Below the pieces are notes generated by a model that made no database searches, was not told where the DNA came from, and saw only the letters and a list, made by a program, of their open reading frames with translations. This document shows positions 24,534-36,600 of a stretch of 64,000 bases of DNA, one piece after another. Every line of letters starts with the position of its first letter. The first letter of the stretch is position 1. The stretch comes from Octopus bimaculoides (Eukaryota), in the NCBI RefSeq assembly GCF_001194135.2, contig NC_069002.1:15008516-15072515 (forward strand), written 5' to 3'. Position numbers and translations under genes: made by a program.

Positions 24534-27500
24534 GGGCTTCTTTCAGTTTCTATCAACCAAATCAGCTCACAAGACTTCGGCCATCCTGAGGTTATAGTAG
24601 AAGACACTTGCCCAAGGTACAATGCAATGGGACTGAACCGGGAACCATGTAGCTGGGAAGCAAGCTTCTTACCACACACCAACGCCTGTGCCACACAGTC
24701 ATGCCTGCATGAGACAGCCATAGCTGTACCACACAGCCATGCCTGCACAACACAGCATCGCCTTCACCACACGAATATGCCTGTTATGTTTATGTATTTG
24801 TTTTTCAAGATTCCTGATGTGAAATCTTGTGTTGAAACAAATAGTTATATTTTGGGATGGTCATATTTTTTTGCCAATTAACGAAACTCACTATATGTTT
24901 GTTCATCACTTCAGCTTTATTATTTTATCTTATTTTAGTGTTCTTTGTCCGAAATCTTTTGTCAACCCTCCTGTGACCTCTTCAGTGACTCTCCATCCCA
25001 TGTGATGAAAGATTTCAGACAAAGGACACTAAAATAAGAAAATATTGTTCAAATGTGACCAGCTGTTGCATGCTTCATTGAACAACAATTCAATGGGAAG
25101 ATGTCTTCAAAATGGAATGAAAGGCTGACAATGATAGGACAGTCTTCTGTAGACTGGCAGTGTCTCAACAGATTCTCATCCAATTCATAACAAAAGCAGA
25201 TGTAGAAACCTGCTGATGGTGATGATGATGATAATGATATGGTGGTAATGATGATGACGATGATGATGATGATGACAATGGTGGTGGAGGTGATGAAGAT
25301 GCTGATCGACACTGAGGATGAAACTTGAAAGGGTGGTTGATGAAATACCTTGTGGTATTTAGTTACATCCCTTTAACATTGAAACTATTAGTCTTTTTGT
25401 TGGTTTATTATCATTATTATTATCATTAAGGCACTTAGTTGACAGAAATGTTAACGCACTGGACGCAATGCTTAGCAGTATTTCAACCCAAGTTCAAATT
25501 CTGCCAAGGATGACTTTGCCTTTCATCCTTTCGGGGTCAATAAATTAAATACCAGTTGTGTACTGGGGTTGATATAATTGACTAGTCCCTACCCAACAAA
25601 TTCGAGGCCTTGTGCCTCCATTAGAAAGAATTATTAATGTAATCATTTTCACATATTATAATATCAAAATCTTTGCAGTTCATCATCCATACACTTAAAA
25701 TTAATATTAAAAAAAAAATCAATCTAACCATGGAATTTTGACCATGCATCAGAGGAATTTGATGATATACAAACTTCCAGAAAATTTTTCTCATTAAAGT
25801 AAAAATCTCCAACGCAATTTCCACCAATCTGGCAAATATTACTCTGCAAAATAAACAAAAATTTATGAAAAATAATTCAATTTTCAAGCTGGCAGAATCA
25901 TTAGCACAATGGCCAAAATGCTTAGCAGTATTTCATCTGGTATTACATTCTGAGTTCAAATTCTGCTGAGGTTGGTTTTTGCCTTTCATACCTTTTGGGG
26001 TGAGAAAATAAGTACCTGCAGAGCACTGGGTTCATTGGAATCGATTTGCCTTCTCCCCTAAGACTGCTGGCCTTGTACAAAAATTTGAAACCAGTTATTT
26101 ATGGTTTATTGTGTCATCTTATTCCTGTTATTCGGAGGCGCAATGGCCCGGTGGTTAGGGCAGCGGACTCGCGGTCATAGGATCACGGTTTCGATTCCCA
26201 GACCAGGCGTTGTGAGTGTTTATTGAGCCAAAACACCTAAAAGCTCCACGAGGTTCTGGCAGGGGGTGGGTGAGTTTCGAACCCTGCTGTACTCTTTCAC
26301 CACAACTTTCTCTCACTCGTTCTTCCTGTTTCTGTTGTGCCTGTAATTCAAAGGGTCAGCCTTGTCACACTGTGTCACGCTGAATATCCCCGAGAACTAC
26401 GTTAAGGGTACACGTGTCTGTGGAGTGCTCAGCTACTTGCACGTTAATTTCACGAGCAGACTGTTCCGTTGATCGGATCAACTGGAACCCTCGACCTCAT
26501 AAGCAACGGAGTGCCAACAACAACATTCCTGTTATTCTAAGTTGTTTCTGATTTAGACTCAAGGAATGCTCATTTTAAGAGGAAGGAGTTAACTGACACC
26601 ATCAATCAACTCTATACTTGACTGACACCCAGAAGGATAAAAGCAAAACTAACTTTAGTGGGATTTGAACTCAGAATATAATGTAAAGAGCTGAAAGAAA
26701 TGCAGCAAGTTAAAAATATTTCTGACACTGAGAGAAAGTTAAAGATTTTTACAAAGTATGCTGGTTGTTTTTACGTGGCACCACATGGGTGCAATTACAT
26801 GGTACTGCATGGACTCTTTTACAAAAGTATTTCCAGCAGATAGAGCAACCTCGTAAGGGTTCTATGGTTAACAGGGAAATTGAAAAGTTACTTCAGCAGA
26901 TATTTACCTTTTTGGAACAGGAATTTTCTGTACATATTTGGCATGTTGAATCATACTTTGTAAAGGCCACTGTTTCACTACTTTTCAGAACTCCATTGTT
27001 GCTTATTGAAATCTCGTATTTACCTTCTTGCTGTATGGGACATTGTACTTGTTCACTTGTTATGTACTGGCCTAGAACTTGTGAATCAGTCTACAAAACA
27101 AAAGCACTCAATCAGAAATGATATATTCCCTTTTGAGAAAAGGACCTTCAAAAGTCCTGTGGGATTTTTTAAAATCAATACAGTGACACAAACAGTACAA
27201 TTTCTTCTATATGATATCTACAATAATATATAGCCATTTATTTTTTTTTTTCACAAATTAATCATAAATGGAAGAGGAGGACAAGCAAACCTATAATGCT
27301 TTTAAGCTACACTCCTCCTCCTCCTCCTCCCCCTCCTCCTCCTATTACTGGATACTCTTCTTGTTGCTTCTATTGCTGGATACCCTTCCCATTACTGACC
27401 ACCTTACACAGAACATTGGTTGCAGTGTTGCTGCAAGAGTTGCACAAGATGTGATTAAAAGATTTTGAATTCACAAACTTAACAAAAGCTAGTGGCTATT

Positions 27501-27649
27501 TATACATAATATGATATGAGAAATAGATGGGATAATCTGTTACACACACCAGCAAGCTGTTTCTGCTCAAAGTATATGTATTTACAGTTCAGAGTCAAGA
27601 GGAAATAAATTTACTTAATTCAGTACTAGCAGTGGGACTGAACCCAGAA

Positions 27650-27683
<34 letters not shown>

Positions 27684-30600
27684 CAAATTTACAGAAAATA
27701 AAAGACAAATACAGGTGTAGGAACAACAAGCAGGTGTGTTGGTCTAATGCTTGGGAAAAATGTTTCAAGTCTCTGCTCTTCGACAGAAGGGATTAAAAAG
27801 AAAAAAAAGGAGAGGTAATGAAAAAAAAAAAAAATGGAGAGAGAAAAACTGTGTAGAGTTCAGCGGTGCAACATGGCAATATATATATATAATTTAGAAA
27901 ACAATATTTTTAATAAGTCCTTCACAATGAAAGTCATTACAAATCAAATATTGTTTGGAATTTTAAGGCTAATATGATTAGATGGCAAAAATGAAAAATT
28001 TAAGAAATTAGGAAAAATTTAAGTGATTATGAATTACTTACATTTTGAAATATCAAATGACAAGTTAAAGTGGAACTGTCTAAGAAGTTCTCTCCAAATA
28101 CAATTGCTTTGTTACATTTATATACTTTTGTGTCACAAAATTTCGTTTTCAGCTCAAATACTGTAGGTCCTTTGATTTTGTTTATAGAACAGTCAACACC
28201 CTCAAATTGGCTATCACATACACAGATACCTGAAGAATAAAAAATGTTGATTTCTTTACAGTTACTTTAAGTCCTACACAAAAAGTCTTATACAAAAAAT
28301 AATAAAGAAGTTCGTTTTGCAACCATATGGTTCCCAGTTTGTTCTCAATGTACAGAACTTGGCTAGCTGCTTTCTGCTATAGCCTTTAACTGACCAAAGA
28401 CAACTTAAGGGTAGAATTCATTTTCAGTAACTGTGTCTCTATGTTGCGCCTTCATGTTTATGCTGTGTCTATGTTATACCTCCACGTTTATGCTGTGTCT
28501 GTGTTGTGCTTCCACCTAGAAAGTTACTTTCCGAGGCACAAGTCCAAGCAAAGCTGTTTATGGAAGACCAGCATACCAGCCTCCTCTCTTCATGCCATTA
28601 TATGTACATAGAGTAAAGGCACAAGTCCAGACAAATTTGTTTATGGAGACAAGCAGTCACCCATACATACCATGCATCCCCTCTTCATGCCACTGATGTT
28701 ATCCAAGAGAAAGGCAAAGGGCAATACAGCTTGGCACCAGTGATGTTGCAACTCATTTCTACAGCTGAGTGAACTGAAACAACATGAAATAAAGTGTCTT
28801 ACTCAAGAGAAAGACATTTGAGTGAGATCGTTGCCAGTGCCGCCGAACTGGTTCCTGTACAGGTGACACGTAAAATACACCATTTTGAGCATGGCCATTG
28901 CCAGTACCGCCTGACTGGCCTTCGTGCCGGTGGCATGTAAAAGCACCCACTGCACTCTCAGAGTGGTTGGCGTTAGGAAGGGCATCCAGCTGGAGAAACT
29001 CTGCCAAATCAGATTGGAGCCTGGTGTAGCCATCTGGTTTCACCAGTCCTGAGTTAAATCGTCCAACCCATGCTAGCATGGAAAGCGGACGTTAAACGAT
29101 GACGATGATGATGATGAAGAAAAACACACACCCAGGTTGAAAAACTGAACTCACTACCTCATGATTGTGAGACTGATGCTCTAACCACTGAGCTATGCAC
29201 CAACAACTTGTGCTAAAATTGGTCAAATTGACAAAACCAATTCTATTAAAATTCTGAAATAAATTTTAGAAATGGTAAATAGTTAGATACAGGTAATTAA
29301 TGAATCCATTCATTAGACAATTAGAGGGAAGAGAAAGAATTAATGAATTACCCTCAACACATTTTCCTTGATCATTACATTCACTTGGACAAATATTATC
29401 CTGAATTATTTCTGCTGGTGATTTGTCAGTGCCATTTGAAGAATCGTTTTTCCACAGTTCAACATTGGTGTTTACTTCAATGAGGCACAACTGAAGATAG
29501 TTCTGTAAAGCTTCATCAACCCAGAAAAAGTTGTCCATAATCTGGAATATATTTAGAGTAAAATAGGTTTGAAATACAACAAGAAGCACTATGACTATAG
29601 CTGACTGTTTACAAACATGAATATGTAGGCATAAGCACATCTGCTTATGTGTGTGTGTGTGTGCATGCATGAATGTGTGTGTTTTTATATGTGTATATGT
29701 TTGTATATGTTAGTATACATGTTGTTGGCACTCTGTCGTTTACAATGTCGTGGGTTCCAGTTGATCCAATCAACGGAACAGCCTGCTCGTCAAATTAACG
29801 TGCAAGTGGCTGAGCACTCCACAGACACGTGTACCCTTAACGTAGTTCTCGGGGATATTCAGCGTGACAAGGCTGACCCTTTGAATTACAGGCACAACAG
29901 AAACAGGAAGTAAGAGTGAGAGAAATTTGTGGTGGAAGAGTACAGCAGGGTTCGCCACCATCCCCTGCCGGAGCCTTGTGGAGCTTTAGGTGTTTTGGCT
30001 CAATAAACACTCACAACACCCGGTCTGGGAATCGAAACCGTGATCATATCACCATGAGTCCGCTGCCCTAGCCACTGGGCCATTGCGCCTCCACTGTTAG
30101 TATACATGTATGAATATAAATAGATGCATATGTATGAATATATGTGGGCTTGTACATATCATCATCATCATTTAACATCCTTTTTCCATGCTGGCATGGG
30201 TTGTATGGTTCAACATGAACAGATGAGCCAGAGGGCTCCACTAGGTGCAATGCCTGATTTGGCATGGTTTCTACAACTCAATGCCTTTCCTAACACCAAC
30301 CACTTAACAGAATGTAGTGGATGCTTTTTACATGATACCAGCACTGGTGAGGACACCAAGTACCTGTAAGTTAAGACCTCTCAACTGAGCGGGGTATAGA
30401 CTGGATGAATAAGAAACTATGAGAGAGAGAGAGAGAGGAGCAAGTGACTTGCTGAAAAAGTGACTACAGGGCTTGCCCACCTGAAAAGTGATGTGTTATC
30501 CTATATACGTGAACATGTAGTCACTGACTTGCCTGTATATGTATGTATGTTCATGGATGTATGTACAGTCATGGCCAAAAGTTTGGAACCTTTTTTTTTA

Positions 30601-33600
30601 ATTTAAAATTATGCCCAAGTACAATGTGATTCAAATATATCCAATATAGAGATATACATACTTAATAACTGATCCAATGGTTCAATATCTAGAAGAAAAC
30701 ATTTTCAGACCCATGTTCCAAACTTTTGACCAAGTAATAATATATTGCAAATTAAATATAGCTTTGTGCCTCTAATATAAAGATTCTAATTTTCAGACCT
30801 AGTTTCCATGACTTTAATATATGTGAGACACTCTGTGCCTGTGTAAATGTGCTTATTGGAATGTCATGAAATTATCTTAACAGAATTTATGCAACCTCAC
30901 CTGTATATCAGTGACGCAGGAATCAACTGTTGTTACCAAATCAGAATTAGGAAGTACATCCAAGCAGGCCTTGGTAGAGGTCTTATTTTTTATGAAAGTT
31001 TGACATTTTTCAGTCGCAATCTTTACAGTGATACCAGACTCAGTTGGCCACTTCAATTCCTATGGCAAAAAAAACGAAAAACAAAAAATGATTGATGTGT
31101 TTTCCAGAAAAACCTTGATTATATTTTCCATAAAGAAAGAGATAATATAAGAAAAACAAAATTAAGTTAAATATTTTAATCATTGCTGTTGCAATCCCAG
31201 CTTCCCATTAAAATCTCTAGTCAATAGCATTCCACCTGTGACCATCCTGTCTTGTTTTCTCCAGTGACTGCTTTGAGCTTTTTTCATTGAGGTCAGTGGA
31301 ATTTGAACACTAAACATAAAGCTGGAACAAATGCCACAAAGAATTTTGTCTAGCTCGCTAACAATTATACATGCTTACTGCCTTAATAATAATAACCACG
31401 TGGAAATATACCACACAAGTGCAACGAACCTCTGCAGAATGTGTGGGAAGGAGGTCCAAAGCATGAATCACATTGTTTGTGCTTGTGAAAGTCTTGTGCA
31501 GAAAGAGTACAAGAGGAGGCACCACAAAGTAGCCCAAAACTTCCCTAGCTACTATGCTGGAAGTATGGATATGAGGTAATGGGTGCATAGTACCAATAGA
31601 CACCAGAAAAGGTAATGAACGAAAAGGGGAAGGCAAAAATCCTCTGGGATTTTGACTTCCAGACAGACAAGATGTTAAAGCACCAAAGGCCAGATATAGT
31701 AACCTTTAGGCACAAGAGTGCCTAATAATCAATGTGACAGTGCAGAAGATCAACATATTATCGTGAAAAAAAGGGAAAAGGTTGATAAATATGGAGTCCT
31801 GAGAATTGAAGTTGCTAAGATGTGGTTGCAAGAATCAAACATAAAGGCTGTCATTTATTTTATTCTTTCTTTTACTTGTTTCAGTCATTTGACTGTGGCC
31901 ATGCTGGAACAGTGCCTTGAATGCTTTTTAGTTAAACAAATCAACCCCAAAACTTATATTTTAAGCCTAGTACTTATTCTATTGATCACTTTTACCAAAC
32001 CGATAAGTTATGAGGATGTAAACACACCAACACCAGTTAATTAGGGGGCAAACACACACATGATGGACTTCTTTCAGTTTGTGTCTTCCAAATCCACTCA
32101 CAAGGCTTTGGTCGGCCCAAAGCTATAGTAGAAGACACTTGGGCAAGTGAAACCATGTGGTTGGGAAGCAAGCTTCTTACCACACAGCCAGGCCTGCACC
32201 TCTACACAGCCATATTTTACATATGACACAATATAAAATGAGAAAATAAAGCTTGGTATATTAAAAAGACAAGAAACATCTAAGTAAAAATATGAAATAT
32301 TCTACTTACTTGTGGAATAAATGTGGTATTGAATTCAAAATTGGTGGTCACATTTTCTGTAATGCATTTCTTGGGTGGACTTTCCATCATTGTTTCCTGG
32401 ATAATTTCTGTTATATCTGTTACTACAGAATAACAATTAAAAAGGAAATGTATTCATAAGTAATTAATTCAAATTATATCACAACCATCATCACCATTGC
32501 TTACCATTATTACAATGACTACTAACATAACCATTATCATCATTATTATTATTATCATAATTATTAATATCAATGTCATTATAATTGGTTTCAAAGTCGC
32601 CCAAGTTGGACACAGTGAGATTTGAACTCAAAGTGCAAAGATGCAAAACAAATACCACGAGGTATCCTTCTCAATACTTTAACCAGTGCATCTCCTTGCA
32701 CTGGGACTTTATTCAGCAACCTCAGAAGCATGAAAGTCAATGCTGGAATCCTGGTAGATTTTGAACTCAGCACTCCTGAGGAAAATGCTTTGTAGAATAA
32801 ATATGTCAATATAGTTTCTTCACTGATCACGTGACTGACCAGACTATCAGAAGCTGTTACACATCACTGGTCACAATGTGTTTTGCATCATTTCAGCCTT
32901 TGAATGACACAACTTTGCTGGTTAGGTGAGCAGGCTAACATTCCCCCCTAATCGAAAGGGGAATTGAAGCAAGTTGAAACAAAGTGTTTTGCTCAAGAAA
33001 ACAACACACCACCCAGTCTAGGAACTGAACCCTCGATCTAGTGATCATTAGTGCAACAGCCTTACCACTAGGCTACATGTTTTCACTGAGTGTAGTAATA
33101 CTTCAATAAATTTATTGCCTAAAGGTAGTTGTTATTGGCACTCCATAGCTTACGACGTCGAGGGTTCCAGTTGATCCGATCAACGGAACAGCCTGCTCAT
33201 GAAATTAACGTGCAAGTGGCTGAGCACTCCACAGACACGTGTACCCTTAATGTAGTTCTCGGGGATATTCAGTGTGACACAGTGTGACAAGGCTGACCCT
33301 TTGAATTACAGGTACAACAGAAACAGGAAGTAAGAGTGAGAGAAAGTTGTGGTGAAAGAGTACAGCAGGGTTGACCATCATCCCCTGCCGGAGCCTCGTG
33401 GAGCTTTAGGTGTTTACGCTCAATAAACACTCACAACGCCCGGTCTGGGAATCAAAACCGCGATCCTATGACCGCAAGTCCGCTGCCCTAAGCACTGGGC
33501 CATTGTGCCTCCACCTAAAGGTAGACAGAGAAGCAAAGACAGAAAGGTAAAGCATATTGGTAATGACTTGTCTATACCTCGTTATTGAAACAGTGCTATT

Positions 33601-36600
33601 AGGAATGTTATCAATCAGAATAACTCTCAAACCACAGAGGTGTTTCAATGACAGTAATTTTTACACTAACATAATCCATATTTAGTTGTTGCTTAAAATG
33701 GAGATTATCAAAGAACTGCAAATTAAGTAAGTGACATGTCTACATGCTCAGTAATTAACTATCAGTGTCTTATAATATGAATCAATGGGATATTAACCCT
33801 TTTGAGATGACAGGGCCAATCTATCATCTGAAAAGTCAAATGACAATGAAGATTGTAATACTTCATTCAATTTCCTACAAGAATATAAAAATTAATAAAA
33901 AATAAAGTAATTACATTACATATCATCATCATCATCATCATTTAACATCTGCATTCCAGCATGGAACATGAATGTTAGATGATGATGATGATATATAAAG
34001 TATTTACTTTATTTTTTTATAATTATATTTGAAAAACAAGTGCATGCCTTCTGTAGGGCTTGTGAAAAAGGTTCTATATTCTCGCCACTGAAACTTCAAA
34101 TGGAACTCCATCTCCAAGGAGTTAATGAACTTCTGGGTAGGAACTATTTTTTTAACCAGGACTACCAAGGAGTCATTCATGTCCCCTGCCTTGATGTTAG
34201 GGAGAGGACACGAGTGACTTCTGTGTGAAAAGGGAGAAACAAGTGATAAAGTCATAGGCTACCCTGATAAGCATATAAAATAGTAAGTTATTATTCTCAG
34301 ACAGGGAATAGGGTTTGAATATTTATGATATTTACTGGATATTGTCAAAGACACTGGGAAGTCAGCAATCCCCAACTAATGGACCATGGGCCCTGAAGGT
34401 CTATGAACTATATTGCAAACTTTAAGGGGCTGCAGTAATAAAATGTATAACTACTCAATTAATATAATTATTCAGTTCCAAATAACTTTCAATTGGGATA
34501 TGAAACCAGGAAAAGAAATTTATTGTTGGTTAATAAAACCAGTTTATTGAGTAGACAGACCTTTCCAAGGCCTCCCATACATGGGGAAATTAATTTAAAT
34601 AAAAGAGGTAAGAAATTACAAGGCTCAGTAATGGGGATAAGCTAGAATTGTTAGATAAGACAAACATGTTTCTTTGAAGTTCTTATACCTGTTTTTGACA
34701 ACTAAGTGAACTGTGGCATACAGAATCTAGTGTCCTGTTCTAAAAATTGATTTTTAGCCAAAAATTTTGGGGCAAGACCAATGTTTCCAAGAAGGATGAA
34801 ACTATTCAATTGAACAGACCTCAGTACTTGACTGGTACATTGTTTTATTGACATTGGAAGGATGAAAGTCAAAGTTAATCATAGTGTAGTGGCGCAAAAT
34901 CATAGCCGCCATTGAGGAAGTACTATCTGCACATGCACAAGGGACTTGCCTTTCCAGAAGCCCCTTGAGTGCGCATGCGTAGTAAAACTAGAGTTTGTTT
35001 CACTTTGTAAGCCTCTTCAGTGCGATACCTTCGACATGACAATACCTTGCTCCTCAACGGAGCACTTTTCCCCACGATGCCTTCGATGTGATAGCTACTT
35101 GCTCCTCTGGCATGCATCAAGGAAGCTCTTAATCTTCCAATACTAATTACAACTTAATCAGCGGCTACTAAGCTGAATGACACAGGATTTGTAAAACCAA
35201 GCATCATCAAAAATAAAACTTATTTTTATTATGTTGTTAACTGTTCTGCTGTTTCTTCATATATAATTATGTTGAAAGGTGATAGAGAGAGACTAATGTC
35301 TCTATTGCAACTATCAACCTTTTACAATAGCAAGATTTGAACTCAGAATGTAAAGAGCTGGAACAAATACCACAAGACATTTTGTCCTATGCTTTAATGA
35401 TTTTTCCAATCCTGCAGCAAGATGCAACCAAATTCCTGTTTTATGTTTCAATGAACCTTTATATTATGAGTTCATAAATCAATACCCAGAAAAGCTTTTG
35501 ATGTTTCAATAAATAAAAAAATACTTTTAAAAGAAGAAAGAAATATTAATTGGTTTTACCTTTTGATCTTTTTTTGTTGTTGCTGCTGCGGAGTTTGTCA
35601 CATGTGCGAAGATTCAAATTTGCTAAGCATGATGAATTCTCTTTCTTGCAGTCACAGAAAATTGGATGCTTCATTTCACCCTCATTGATTCCACAGAAAC
35701 CATTATAGAGAGTATTCTCTACTGAAACTCTGAAGATAAACAAAGAAAGACACAAAAACTAATTAATCTATCAACTGGTCGATTAACTATTGGGCTAAAG
35801 AACAATTTGATTTGGGCTAATTCAAAGTTTGTGACAGAACAAACTTTTGATCCAAACAACATTGAATACTTCAACACCACTTCACTCGAAGGAAAAGTAA
35901 ACATTGAAAAAGAAACATTGGAGGCAAAACATTTACTATATTAAGCATAGCTGTGTGGTAAGAAACTTGCTTCTCAGTTACATTGTTCTGGGTTCAGTCC
36001 CACCATGTGGCACCTTGGGCAAGTGTCTTCTATTATAACCATGTGAGTGTATTTGGTAGATGGTAACTGAAAAAAGCTCATTGATTTGGGCTATCCTTTG
36101 AGTAAACAACGCACAGATTACTCCGGACATGATATGATATATATCCACCTTTGCTACTACAATTATCTCCGGAAAATATCCACAAGGATTCTTTACATGG
36201 ATGTTTACTGCTGGAATGAAGCTACACTCCAAGTATTGTTTCTTCTTTGTTCTTTTTTCAGCACATCGCTCTCACTTCTTACTACAACTCTCCTCTTATA
36301 CATGTAATAATCCATTCTTCTACTACTACCGTCTCCGATGAAGGGATACATTGGATTTTCCCTGAAGCAGCTGTAAGACTTTATCCATAAAATATATTTC
36401 TAACTTTGCCATTGGTCTCTTTATCCTTTTCTGTCTTTATACATATCTATATATATATATATATATATATAAATACACACACACATGTATATATCTATGT
36501 GCACATCTCTGTGTCTGTATTTGTCCCCCGCTTTCAATTGACAACTAGTGGTAGTGTGTTTATGCCCATGTAACTTAGCAGTTTGACAAAAGAGAATGAT

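Noticed and set aside
27180-27220. Possible extra micro-exon upstream of B15
   Set aside because: B14 and B15 already join in phase and align with A14-A15 without it; no supporting homology.
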